The position numbers and the translations under genes are program-made. The notes under the pieces were generated by a model, which saw nothing but the letters and a program-made list of their open reading frames with translations, was not told where the DNA came from and did not search any database. Of a stretch of DNA of 64,000 bases, positions 28,278 to 39,491 are shown piece after piece (the first letter of the stretch is position 1; each line of letters opens with the position of its first letter). The DNA comes from Myxococcota bacterium (GTDB lineage Bacteria; Myxococcota_A; Polyangia; Polyangiales; Sandaracinaceae): positions 1-64,000 of the forward strand of contig JAYZQJ010000019.1 of the NCBI GenBank assembly GCA_036149055.1, read 5' to 3'.

Positions 28278-29636
28278 TCAACGGGCAGGCGCAGGCGCCA
28301 CCAGCACGAGCACCTCGCCGGCCCGGGCCGCCCCACCCTCGGAGAATGTGTCCACGGTGATCACCCAGGTCCCGGGCTCGAGGCGGCGCTCGATCTCCCG
28401 ATCGGCCCGCTCCACGCAGGCGTCGCCGCTCGCCCGCTCGCGCAGGAGGTGCACGTCGACGTCGGTGTCACCCCGCCCGACCGCGAGGATCCGCACGTCG
28501 AGGGGCGCCTCCAGCCGGAACCGGTAGACCAGCTCGCGGCCGGATTCGTCCTGCGGAGCCTCACACCCCGGGTAGGCGTCGATGGCGCTCGAGCCCTCGG
28601 AGCGGGTGTCGCGGAGCTCGGCGAACGGGAGCCTGCGCAGCTCCCAGGGGGCCTGCGCGGTGCCGCGCCCCTCGGCCGCCGGCGGGGCCGGGTCGAGCGC
28701 CGCCTCTCCGTCGAGCACCGTGCGGCGCAGGGCGTCGAGACCCCGGAGCGCGAGCAGGTTCCGGGCGTTGTGGCCGTGCTGCAGCCCCTGCGCGTCGAAG
28801 CGGCACGCGAGCCCGCGGCTGCCCTCGATGAAGATGTTCGGGTGCACGCCGTCCCCGGCCAGGCCGCGGCGCGGGAGGCCCTCCATCACCTGGTGGTAGT
28901 CGAGGTAGGGGAGCGCCATCGCCTCGGCGATCGCCCAGCTCACCTGGTTGTAGCGGGCGACCCAGCGGTCCGCGTCGTCGTCGTCGTCGCGAGGCGGGAT
29001 GGAGTTGAGGATCGGGATGACGCCGTTGTCTCCGAGCATCTCGGCGATGCGCATCATCCGGGTCGCGTAGACGTAGTCGTCGCGCCCCTCGACGTCGTTG
29101 CCGCCGTTCATGACGAAGGCGAACCGCGGCCGGATGGCGCGCACCTCGGCGAGCACCGGCGGCGGGTTGCCGCTGAGCACGTGCCGGGCGCTCCAGCCCT
29201 CGTGCGCCGCGCGGCTCTGGCGCCGGAAGGAGTCGCGGCCGCCGGCGTGGCGGTTGCGGAAGTGCTCGATGGTGGCCGCGAGCGAGGCGTGCGCCCCGAG
29301 CTGGACCTCCTCGGGGTCCGCGAAGCAGCGGAGGAAGCCGCGGCTCACCGTGCTCGAGTCGCCGACCTTCATGAAGACGTCGTCCTGGCGCCGGTCGCTG
29401 CGCCCCCGGATCCCCCGCAGGTTCTCGACCACCCGCGGCGTGAACGGGGAGAGCTCGGGCACCGGGCGCACCCGGAGCGCGGGCGGCGCGGGGGCCTCGG
29501 TGGGGGCGGCGCGCTCGGTGGCCGGGGCGCTGGCGCGGGCGGGCGGCGCGGCCTGCCGCTCCTGGGGCTGGGCGGGGCTGCTGCAGCAGAGGAGGGCCAC
29601 CACCAGCGCGGCCGACGCGGATCGCTCGAACGTCAC
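28278..29636 (-). CDS. SGNH/GDSL hydrolase family protein with C-terminal PPC-like domain
   Basis: KVGDSS, MNGGND and DGVHP blocks. Confidence 0.82.
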   Translation of the reverse strand: MTFERSASAALVVALLCCSSPAQPQERQAAPPARASAPATERAAPTEAPAPPALRVRPVPELSPFTPRVVENLRGIRGRSDRRQDDVFMKVGDSSTVSRGFLRCFADPEEVQLGAHASLAATIEHFRNRHAGGRDSFRRQSRAAHEGWSARHVLSGNPPPVLAEVRAIRPRFAFVMNGGNDVEGRDDYVYATRMMRIAEMLGDNGVIPILNSIPPRDDDDDADRWVARYNQVSWAIAEAMALPYLDYHQVMEGLPRRGLAGDGVHPNIFIEGSRGLACRFDAQGLQHGHNARNLLALRGLDALRRTVLDGEAALDPAPPAAEGRGTAQAPWELRRLPFAELRDTRSEGSSAIDAYPGCEAPQDESGRELVYRFRLEAPLDVRILAVGRGDTDVDVHLLRERASGDACVERADREIERRLEPGTWVITVDTFSEGGAARAGEVLVLVAPAPAR

Positions 29637-29695
29637 GACCGGATGGGCTAGCAGATCCTGGCGGCCGGCTCACCCCGAGGCCATGGTCGGGCGCG

Positions 29696-30376
29696 ATGAA
29701 GCGGAGCGAGAAAGCCGCGCGCGTCCAGCGCATCCTCGACGAGCTCTACCCCGAGGTCCCCATCCCGCTGGACCACGAGAGCGAGTTCCAGCTGCTCGTG
29801 GCGGTGCTGTTGAGCGCCCAGACCACCGACAAGAAGGTCAACGAGGTCACCCCGGCGCTCTTCGCCGAGGGCCCGACCGCCGAGGCGATGGCCCGCATGA
29901 GTCGTGAGCGGATCCTCACGCTCATCCGGCAGCTCGGCCTCGCGCCGCAGAAGGCCAAGGCGCTCGAGGGCCTCTCAGCGAAGCTGATCCGGGAGCACGG
30001 CGGCGCCGTCCCGCGCACCTTCGAGGCCCTCGAGGCGCTGCCGGGCGTGGGTCACAAGACGGCGAGCGTGGTGATGGCCCAGGCCTTCGGGGTGCCGGCC
30101 TTCCCGGTCGACACCCACATCCATCGGCTCGCGGCGCGCTGGGGCCTCAGCGACGGCTCGACCGTGGCCCGCACCGAGCGCGACCTGAAGCGAATCTTCC
30201 CCGAGACGCGATGGAACGATCTGCACCTGCAGATCATCTACTTCGGCCGCGAGCACTGCCCGGCCCTCCGCCACGACCTGACCGCCTGCCCGATCTGCAG
30301 CTGGGCGGCGACCAAGAAGCGCATCGCCGAGGAGGCCGCGGCCAATCGGCCCAAGCGCCGCTCGAGGACGCGCTAG
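29696..30376 (+). CDS. nth: Endonuclease III
   Basis: LLVAVLLSAQTTD, HhH motif LPGVGHKTA, FPVDTHIHRL. Confidence 0.93.
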   Translation: MKRSEKAARVQRILDELYPEVPIPLDHESEFQLLVAVLLSAQTTDKKVNEVTPALFAEGPTAEAMARMSRERILTLIRQLGLAPQKAKALEGLSAKLIREHGGAVPRTFEALEALPGVGHKTASVVMAQAFGVPAFPVDTHIHRLAARWGLSDGSTVARTERDLKRIFPETRWNDLHLQIIYFGREHCPALRHDLTACPICSWAATKKRIAEEAAANRPKRRSRTR

Positions 30377-30385
30377 CATCCGCGG

Positions 30386-32878
30386 GTGCTTCGCACCGTC
30401 ACCCTCGCCCTCGCCCTCTGCAGCGCCGCGCCGCTCGGGACGCCCTCCCGAGCCGAGGCGCAGTGGGAGCGCGACACGTCGTCGATCGATCTGCCCGGCT
30501 ACGGGGTCACGGCGCCCGACGTCGCCGAGGCGGTGGAGCTGAACCCGAGCGCCCTCCCGTTCCTGTCCTCGTGGGGGCTCGCCTACGTGCACTCCGACAC
30601 CGCGGACGGCGGGCAGCGGCTGGGGAACGGCGACGGGTTCTACGCGGCGTCGCCGCTGCTCTTCGGGTTCGCGGCCGGGATGTCGGTGAGCTCGATCCGC
30701 CCCACCCTCGCCATCCCGGAGGACGCCGAGCGCACCATGATCTCGCTCGCGCTCGCCTGGGGCATGCAAGACGCCTTGAGCATCGGCGCCGCGCTCCGGA
30801 TCCTCGCCTCGGGCGACGTGCGGTTCGACGGGGTGACCACCCTCGATCTGTCCGCGAGCTGGCGGCCGGTCGACTGGCTGGCGCTCACCTTCCTGGCGCG
30901 CGACGTGGTCGGGCCGCGGCTCGGCGGGACGCTCGAGAGCGTGCCGCGCTCGTTCTTGCTCGGCACCGCCATCCGCCCGTTCGGGAGCCGCGTCCTCACG
31001 CTGGACCTCGCCGGGGTCATCGACGACCGCGGTCGGATCGGCGCGCGCGCGGCGGCCGAGGCGACGGTGCCCTACGCCGGGCGGCTCATCGCGGCGGCCG
31101 AGCTGTCCCGGCTCGACGGGCCGGACCCGGACGTGCGCGTCACCGGGGGCCTGGCGGTGGACTGGGGTCAGGTCGGGGTCGGAGGCGGCGTGACCGTCGG
31201 TGACGGCTTCGAGGCGGCCCCGGGATGGTACGCCTCGGCGCGCCTCGAGGGCGCGGAGCGCGAGGGCCTCCCGCGCGGCGCCTACGTGGTCGACCTCGAG
31301 CTCGGCGGGGTCGGCTCGCGCGGCATCGTCTACGCCGTGCGCCGGCTCGAGCGCGCGCTGCACGACGAGCGGGTCGCGGGCGTCTACCTCCGGCCGCGCG
31401 GCAGCGGGATCGGGCTCGCGTACGCGCAGGAGATCCGGCTGCTCGTCGCGCAGCTGCGCGAGGCCGGAAAGCCCGTGGTCTGCCACCTCGACGACGCCGC
31501 CGGGAGCGAGTGGTACGCCTGCGCGGGGGCCGACCGGATCCTGCTCGACCCGGCCGGGGGCGTGCGACTCACCGGCGTCTCGAGCGAGCTGATCCACTTC
31601 GGCGAGGTGCTCCGGAACCTCGGCGTGCGCGCCGACTTCGTCCGGATCGGCGCGTGGAAGGACGCGACCGAGCAGTTCATGAACGAGGGCCCGACGGGGC
31701 CGGCCCGCGCCCAGACGGAGGGGGTGCTCGACCTGGCCTACCGGCGCCTGGTGTTCGACGCGGCGGCGGACCGAGGCATGGACGAGGGCGACCTGCGCCG
31801 CTGGATCGATCGCGGGCCGCTCCTGCCGCGTCAGGCGATCGAGGCCGGCGTGGTGGACGCGCTGGCCGACGAGAACGAGCTGGACGCCGCCCTCCACGAG
31901 GCGTTCGGCGGCTCCTTCCCCCGGGAGTCGGGCGCGCCCTGGGAGGCGGCGGAGCGCTGGGGTCACCGCCCGCAGATCGGCGTCGTCGTGGTCGACGGGA
32001 CGATGGTCGACGGCGAGAACGTCGACATCCCGCTGCTCGGGCTGCACTTCAGCGGCGGGCGCGCGGTCTCGCGGGCCATCGATCGCCTCGCCGCCGATCC
32101 CTCGGTGCGCGCCATCGTGGTCCGGGTCGACTCGGGCGGGGGCTCGGTCCTCGCCGCCGACCAGATCCACCGCGCCATCCTGCGGGCGCGACGGCGCAAG
32201 CCGGTGATCGCGTCGCTGGGCGCGGTGGCCGCGAGCGGCGGCTACTACATCGCGTCCGCCTGCCACGAGATCTGGGCCGACCCTTCGACGATCACCGGCT
32301 CGATCGGGATCTGGTTCGGCAAGGTCGACTTCGCGCCGCTCGGCGAGGAGATCGGGGTCGGCCTCGAGCAGGTCGGCCGGGGTCGGCACGCCGGCGCGAC
32401 GTCGCTCTACCGCGCCTTCACCCCCGAGGAGCGGCACGCGCTCTCCGCGAGCGTGCGGGAGTGGTACCGATCGTTCCTCCGGCGGGTGGCGCGGGGTCGC
32501 GGCATGACCGTCGCGGAGGTCGACGCGATCGGCCGCGGCCGGATCTGGATGGGCGATCAGGCGATCGACAACGGGCTCGTCGACCACCTCGGCGGGTTCG
32601 GCTCCGCGCTCGCGGCCGCGCGCCAGGCGGCGGGGGCGAGCCCCGAGATCGGCATCCGGATCGTGCCCGAGCGTCCGGCGACCCTGCTCGACTACGCGCT
32701 GAGCCTGCTCGGCCTCGGGGCCTCGCCGACCGACCCGGTCGCGCTCGAGTCGCAGGACGCGGCGCTCGCCCGCCTGGCGCCGGAGCTGCGCGCGACCGCG
32801 TCGGCGGCCGCGACCCTCCGCCTCCTCGGGAGCGGATCGGCGATGGCGCTCATGCCCCACGCGATCGTGCCGCGGTGA
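30386..32878 (+). CDS. sppA: Signal peptide peptidase SppA (S49, two domains) with N-terminal beta-barrel-like extension
   Basis: VRVDSGGGSVLAAD, SLGAVAASGGYYIA, TITGSIGI, GRGRIWMG, GLVDHLGG. Confidence 0.88.
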   Translation: MLRTVTLALALCSAAPLGTPSRAEAQWERDTSSIDLPGYGVTAPDVAEAVELNPSALPFLSSWGLAYVHSDTADGGQRLGNGDGFYAASPLLFGFAAGMSVSSIRPTLAIPEDAERTMISLALAWGMQDALSIGAALRILASGDVRFDGVTTLDLSASWRPVDWLALTFLARDVVGPRLGGTLESVPRSFLLGTAIRPFGSRVLTLDLAGVIDDRGRIGARAAAEATVPYAGRLIAAAELSRLDGPDPDVRVTGGLAVDWGQVGVGGGVTVGDGFEAAPGWYASARLEGAEREGLPRGAYVVDLELGGVGSRGIVYAVRRLERALHDERVAGVYLRPRGSGIGLAYAQEIRLLVAQLREAGKPVVCHLDDAAGSEWYACAGADRILLDPAGGVRLTGVSSELIHFGEVLRNLGVRADFVRIGAWKDATEQFMNEGPTGPARAQTEGVLDLAYRRLVFDAAADRGMDEGDLRRWIDRGPLLPRQAIEAGVVDALADENELDAALHEAFGGSFPRESGAPWEAAERWGHRPQIGVVVVDGTMVDGENVDIPLLGLHFSGGRAVSRAIDRLAADPSVRAIVVRVDSGGGSVLAADQIHRAILRARRRKPVIASLGAVAASGGYYIASACHEIWADPSTITGSIGIWFGKVDFAPLGEEIGVGLEQVGRGRHAGATSLYRAFTPEERHALSASVREWYRSFLRRVARGRGMTVAEVDAIGRGRIWMGDQAIDNGLVDHLGGFGSALAAARQAAGASPEIGIRIVPERPATLLDYALSLLGLGASPTDPVALESQDAALARLAPELRATASAAATLRLLGSGSAMALMPHAIVPR

Positions 32879-32936
32879 GGCACGCGTCGGTGCCAACGGG
32901 GTAGCGGAGAATCCACCGAGTCGGTAACGTCGCAGC

Positions 32937-33713
32937 ATGGCTCCAGCGCATCGCGCGTGCCTCGGCTTGCTCTGCTTTCTGTTCGTCCTGGGCCCCCCGG
33001 CCGCTCGGGCCCAGGAGGAGGTCGCGCCGGAGGACGCCGTCGACACGACCCCGCCCGAGGCGGTCGAGTTCTTCCGTCGGGCGCGCGAGCACTACGAGGC
33101 GGGCCAGTACCGGGAGGCCGCGGAGGCGCTGGAGCGGGCCCTCGTGCTCGACCCCGAGTCGCCGACCCTCGTGTTCAACCTCGCCCGCGTGTACGAGCTG
33201 CTCGGCGAGCTCGATCTCTCGTTGCGCTACTACGAGCTCTACCAGCGCCTCCTGCCCCAGCAGCAGGCGCGCGAGCAGGCCCGGGCCGAGGCCACCATCC
33301 GGCGGCTGCAGGGCGCCCGGACCTCCGAGGACTTCGAGCCGCCGCAGCCCGAGCAGGTCGAGGCCCTGAGGCAGCTCCCCGGGCTGGTGGTGGTGCGCGA
33401 GAACGGGGTCGCCGACCTCGGCTTCTGGCTGACGCTCGGGGTCGGGGCCGCGTCGCTCGCCGGCGGCGGCGTGCTCGGCGCGCTGACCCTCGACGCGCGC
33501 AGCAACGCGAACACCTTCGCCAACGCGGAGGGCCTGGGCATCGCGGCCGACGTGACCCTCGGCCTCGGCGCGGCGCTCGTCGTCTCGGCGCTCCTCCTCT
33601 ACTTCCTCCGGGAGCACACCGTGGAGCGCGCCCCGATCCGGAGCGCCGACGAGGAGGACGCGCCGCAGGCCCGCCTCGAGCTCGGCCTCGGCAGCGTGGG
33701 GGTTCGCTTCTGA
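32937..33713 (+). CDS. Secreted TPR protein with hydrophobic C-terminus
   Basis: Signal peptide; AREHYEAGQYREAAEALERA..LVFNLARVYE. Confidence 0.8.
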   Translation: MAPAHRACLGLLCFLFVLGPPAARAQEEVAPEDAVDTTPPEAVEFFRRAREHYEAGQYREAAEALERALVLDPESPTLVFNLARVYELLGELDLSLRYYELYQRLLPQQQAREQARAEATIRRLQGARTSEDFEPPQPEQVEALRQLPGLVVVRENGVADLGFWLTLGVGAASLAGGGVLGALTLDARSNANTFANAEGLGIAADVTLGLGAALVVSALLLYFLREHTVERAPIRSADEEDAPQARLELGLGSVGVRF

Positions 33714-35212
33714 TGCGCGCGCCGACTCGCCTGGCCCCCCTGCTGCTCACGGGCCTCGCCCTCCTGGCCGCCGGGTGCAGCATCCTCGCCGGCGCGCCTC
33801 CCGACGAGGGGCTGCCCTGCCGCGTCGACGGCGCCGACCCGTGCCCGGGCGCCTACGGCGGCGAGAGCTTCCGCTGCAGCGACCAGACGGGCGGCGACGG
33901 CTTCTGCGTGCAGTGCTCGCAGGAGGTCTGCAACGGCGAGGACGACGACTGCGACGGCGTGGTGGACAACGGCTTCGACGAGGACGGCGACGGCGTGAGC
34001 AGCTGCGGCGCGACGGGGGGCGTGGTCGACTGCAACGACGCCGACCCCTCGGTCTACCCGGGGCGCCCCGACGACCCCTGCGACGGCTCCGACAACGACT
34101 GCGACGGGAGCACGCCGGACGGCACGAACTGCCGGGCGGAGGAGATCTGCAACCCGCTCAGCTGCACCGACCCGAGCTGCTCCGCGAACGATCGCTGCCA
34201 GGAGGTCAACTGCCAGAACCTCCCCGACATCTGCGCCGCGGATCAGTTCTGCGACCTGGAGACGGATCCGCCGAGCTGTCAGCCGCTCGTCCGGGACTGC
34301 CGCATGCCCGCCTTCGCGTGCTCGGCGCCGCAGCGCTGCAACCCGGAGAACGGGCAGTGCGTGGACGTCATGCAGAACGGGCGCGGCTGCACCTATGACG
34401 CCGAGTGCGCCTCGACCCAGTGCATGAACGCCGAGGCGCTGCGCCTGCTGCCCGAGCACCTCGACGCGCGCTCGGGCATCTGCACGCGGAGCTGCTGCGT
34501 CGACGCCGACTGTGACGTGGGCGAGGTCTGCTGGGCGCCCGGCAGCGGCGCGCGCGGCTGCGTGCCCACGTCCATCCTCGCGATGGGGAGCTTCGGCGCG
34601 CCGCCGGCCAACGCCTGCCAGGGCAGCTCGGTCTGCGGCTCCGAGTGGTGCGCGCTCGGCGTCGACGACGCCTACACCATCTCGAACCGGGGGACGCTCT
34701 CGTGCCGCGGGCCGGTCGGCACTCCCGCCACCTGCGGCTCGACGCTCGACTGCGTGAGCTTTACGGACACGAGCACCTTCTGCGCGGGGGGCGTGTGTCG
34801 CTTCGAGAACTGCAGCCGGCCGTCCGACTGCCCGACCGGCATGTGCGCGGGGGGCCGATGCCGCGACTCCTGTCGCAACGCCTCGGAGTGCCCCGGGAAC
34901 CCGGACGACGCGGCCTGCGTCTACGCCGCGCTCGACGTGTCCGGGCGCACCGACTACTTCCCGATCTGCTTCTACACGGGCGGCGGCAAGGAGAACGGGG
35001 AGGCGTGCGCGTCGGACGACGAGTGTCGCGACCTGACCTGCCTCGGGCCCAACGGGCGCCGCGACAGCGAGCCGCTCCGGTGCCGCGCCACCTGCTGCCG
35101 CGACAGCGACTGCGGCGACATGGGGCAGTGTCGTCCGGTCTTCACGGGCAACTGGGAGATGCACTGCCTCCCGCGCCCGATGTTCACGTCGGGCGGCGTC
35201 GCCTCTCCCTGA
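33713..35212 (+). CDS. Cys-rich lipoprotein with MopE-like putative metal-binding repeats, 499 aa
   Basis: TGATG overlap with the TPR gene; lipobox AAGC; EVCNGEDDDCDG, DCNDADPSVYPG. Confidence 0.82.
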   Translation: MRAPTRLAPLLLTGLALLAAGCSILAGAPPDEGLPCRVDGADPCPGAYGGESFRCSDQTGGDGFCVQCSQEVCNGEDDDCDGVVDNGFDEDGDGVSSCGATGGVVDCNDADPSVYPGRPDDPCDGSDNDCDGSTPDGTNCRAEEICNPLSCTDPSCSANDRCQEVNCQNLPDICAADQFCDLETDPPSCQPLVRDCRMPAFACSAPQRCNPENGQCVDVMQNGRGCTYDAECASTQCMNAEALRLLPEHLDARSGICTRSCCVDADCDVGEVCWAPGSGARGCVPTSILAMGSFGAPPANACQGSSVCGSEWCALGVDDAYTISNRGTLSCRGPVGTPATCGSTLDCVSFTDTSTFCAGGVCRFENCSRPSDCPTGMCAGGRCRDSCRNASECPGNPDDAACVYAALDVSGRTDYFPICFYTGGGKENGEACASDDECRDLTCLGPNGRRDSEPLRCRATCCRDSDCGDMGQCRPVFTGNWEMHCLPRPMFTSGGVASP

Positions 35213-35245
35213 GCGCGGCCGCCGTGTTATCCTGGGGCGTCTGAC

Positions 35246-36778
<1,533 letters not shown>

Positions 36779-36808
36779 CCGCGCGCGGCTAGCGCAAAGT
36801 CACGGCCA

Positions 36809-39208
36809 CTAGCGCAGGGTCACGACGGTCATCCGCTCGCCGCCCTCTTCGACCGTGCCGGGGCGAACGCTGCGCACGTACTGGCCGGCGTGCTGGCCGA
36901 GGTGCTCCCGGATCGCGTCCCGGAGCGCGCCGCTGCCGACGCCGTGGAGGATGTAGGCGAGGTGCTCGGATGCGCCGAACATGCGGTCGAGGAACGACTC
37001 GGTCATCGAGATCGCGTCGTCGACCCGCATGCCGCGCACGTCGAGCGTGTTGTCCGAGGCGGGGCCGCGGCTCCGGGGCGCGGGCGGGGCGGCGGGCTTG
37101 GCCGGCGGCTCCTCGCGGGGGGCGTCCTTCTTCCGGATCTCCGCCACCTTCACCCAGAGCTTCACCGGGCCCGCGGCGACCCGGACGCGGCCCTTGCTCG
37201 GCGCCTCGACGACGTCGACCTCGGTGCGCAGGCGCGGCACGTAGACCCGCTGGCCGACCTCGATGTCGGTGGCCTCGACCGGCGCGCCGACCTCCTTGGG
37301 GGGCGGGGCCGGCGGCGCGGCGACCACGTCCTTCAGCTCGCCGTCGACCTGAGCGCCGACGCCGTCGAGCTGCTCGCGGATCTTGCGCAGCGCCTCCTCG
37401 TCGTGCCGCTCGCTCTTGCGGAGCGCCTTGCGGACCTCCTTGAGCTGACCGCGCGCCTGACGCAGCTGATCCATCAGCCGCGCGCCCTCCTCGGAGAGCT
37501 TCTTGTGGTCCCGCTGGCGCTGCCGCTCGAGCTCGGCCGCCGCCTCGTCGCGCAGCCGCTCGGCCTCGCGGCGCGCCTCCTCGGCCTGGGCCCGCTCGGC
37601 CTCGAGCGCCTCGAAGCGCGACTCGAGCTTCTGCACCAGCGCGTCGAAGGTGCGGCTCTCGTCGGGCAGCAGCTCCCGGGCCCGCTCGAGCACCCTGGAG
37701 GGCATACCGAAGCGCTGCGCCACCGCGAGCGCGCTCGAGCTGCCGGGCACGTCGCGGCGCACCACGAAGGTCGGCGCCATGCGCTGCACGTCGAAGCCGA
37801 CCGACGCGTTCCGGAGGCGCGAGTCCTCCACCGCCATCGCCTTGAGCCGCTCGTAGTGGGTGGTGACCCCGAGGGCGGCGCCCTTGTCGCAGAGCGCGTC
37901 GACGAGCGCGCACGCGAGCGCCGCGCCCTCGTGCGGATCGGTCCCCGTCGCGATCTCGTCGAGCAGGACCATCGCGCTCGGCCCGGCGGCGTGCAGCACG
38001 CTCACGAGGTTGGTCACGTGCGCGCTGAAGGTGGAGAGGTTCTTCTGCAGCGACTGCTCGTCGCCCACGTCGGTGAGGATCGGCGCGAAGAAGCCCGCCT
38101 CGCTCCCCTCGGCCGCGGGGACCGGGAGGCCGGCGCGGGCCATCAGCGCGGCGAGGCCGAGGACCTTGAGCGAGACCGTCTTGCCGCCCGCGTTCGGGCC
38201 GCTCATCACCAGCGCGGAGCCCGCCTCGAGCTCGAGGTCGTTGGCCACCACGTCCACGCCCTCCAGCGCGAGGAGCGGGTGGCGCGCGTCGAGGAGCCGC
38301 ATCTTCGGCGCCCGCGACAGCGTCGGGATCGTCGCGCCGAGATCCTTGGCGAGCCGGGCGGCGGCGTTCCGCAGATCGGCCCGGTCGAGGGCCTCGACCG
38401 CGGCGTTCACCTCGGCCACGCGATCGCGCACGCGACCGCTGAGGATGCCGAGGATGCGCGCCTCCTCCCGATCGAGCTCGCCCTGGGCCATCTTCAGGCG
38501 GTTGCCCTGGTTGACGATGGCCTTGGGCTCGACGAACACCGTGGCGCCGCTCCCGCTCGTGCCGTGCACGATGCCCGGGAGCTTCTCGTGCGCGTCGGTG
38601 CGCACGGGGATCACGTAGCGGCCCTCGCGCAGAGTGTGGAAGCGGTCCTGCACGATGTCGGCGTGCTTGATCAGCATCGCCTCGAGCCGGCCCACGATCC
38701 GGGCGCGGAGGTTGGCCACCTCGGTCCGCAGCCGCCCGAGCTCCGGGCTGGCCGAGTCGGCGAGGGTCCCGTCCGGCTCGACCGCGCGCTCGAGCTCGTC
38801 GACGAGGCGGTCGAGCGTGGGGTCGGTGCTGCACGAAGCGTGGAGCGCTGGCGCGCGATCCTGATGGCGGGCGAGGAACTTCCGGAGCGCCCGGGCGGCG
38901 CCGAGGGTGGTCGCGACCGCGCGCAGCTCGGGGCCGTCGAGCGCGCCCTGCTTCTCGAGGCGCGCGAGGGACCGGCGCACGTCCCGGATCCCGTCGAGCG
39001 GGAGCGGCTCGTCGAGGCGGAGCAGCTCCGCGGCCTCGGCGGCCTCCACCATCGCGACCCGCGCGGGCTCGTAGGCGTCGTGCACCTCGAGCGCCTCGAG
39101 GGTCTCGCGGAGCGGACCGGTGCACCGCGCGGCCACCGCCTCCACGAGGCGCGGCCACTCCAGGTCTTGCTGGGCCTTGGTGAGCCCGTCGAGCTCTTCG
39201 TCGCGCAT
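36809..39208 (-). CDS. mutS2: MutS2 with C-terminal Smr domain
   Basis: GIVHGTSGSGATVFVEP, SGPNAGGKT, DVGDEQSLQKNLSTFS, LLDEIATGTDP, TTHY; Smr motif LDVRGM..HGVGSGALR. Confidence 0.93.
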   Translation of the reverse strand: MRDEELDGLTKAQQDLEWPRLVEAVAARCTGPLRETLEALEVHDAYEPARVAMVEAAEAAELLRLDEPLPLDGIRDVRRSLARLEKQGALDGPELRAVATTLGAARALRKFLARHQDRAPALHASCSTDPTLDRLVDELERAVEPDGTLADSASPELGRLRTEVANLRARIVGRLEAMLIKHADIVQDRFHTLREGRYVIPVRTDAHEKLPGIVHGTSGSGATVFVEPKAIVNQGNRLKMAQGELDREEARILGILSGRVRDRVAEVNAAVEALDRADLRNAAARLAKDLGATIPTLSRAPKMRLLDARHPLLALEGVDVVANDLELEAGSALVMSGPNAGGKTVSLKVLGLAALMARAGLPVPAAEGSEAGFFAPILTDVGDEQSLQKNLSTFSAHVTNLVSVLHAAGPSAMVLLDEIATGTDPHEGAALACALVDALCDKGAALGVTTHYERLKAMAVEDSRLRNASVGFDVQRMAPTFVVRRDVPGSSSALAVAQRFGMPSRVLERARELLPDESRTFDALVQKLESRFEALEAERAQAEEARREAERLRDEAAAELERQRQRDHKKLSEEGARLMDQLRQARGQLKEVRKALRKSERHDEEALRKIREQLDGVGAQVDGELKDVVAAPPAPPPKEVGAPVEATDIEVGQRVYVPRLRTEVDVVEAPSKGRVRVAAGPVKLWVKVAEIRKKDAPREEPPAKPAAPPAPRSRGPASDNTLDVRGMRVDDAISMTESFLDRMFGASEHLAYILHGVGSGALRDAIREHLGQHAGQYVRSVRPGTVEEGGERMTVVTLR

Positions 39209-39255
39209 GCTTCCTGCGAGGCGAGCCGCGGACCATAGCGACCTGCCCCGAGGGA

Positions 39256-39429
39256 TCAAGCGGCCTCGTCGTCTCCGCGCCGGGGGAGCGACGTGGCCGA
39301 GCCGCGGGTCTTCCCGTCACCCCGGGCCCGGGCGACCGCGTAGAGGATCAGCGTCGAGCCGCCCAGCAGGAGCAGGACCAGAAAGCACCCGCCGATCGCG
39401 TAGATGTAGCCGATCCAACCGCCGCCCAT
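39256..39429 (-). CDS. Small single-pass membrane protein, 57 aa (below the ORF-track cutoff)
   Basis: Manual translation MGGGWIGYIYAIGGCFLVLLLLGGSTLILYAVARARGDGKTRGSATSLPRRGDDEAA*; GC3-rich codons. Confidence 0.6.
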   Translation of the reverse strand: MGGGWIGYIYAIGGCFLVLLLLGGSTLILYAVARARGDGKTRGSATSLPRRGDDEAA

Positions 39430-39491
39430 GGGGGCACTCTGTCACGCGCGCGGTCTCGGCGCCGCTCCGGCGCGGTGATATGCTCGCGCCG

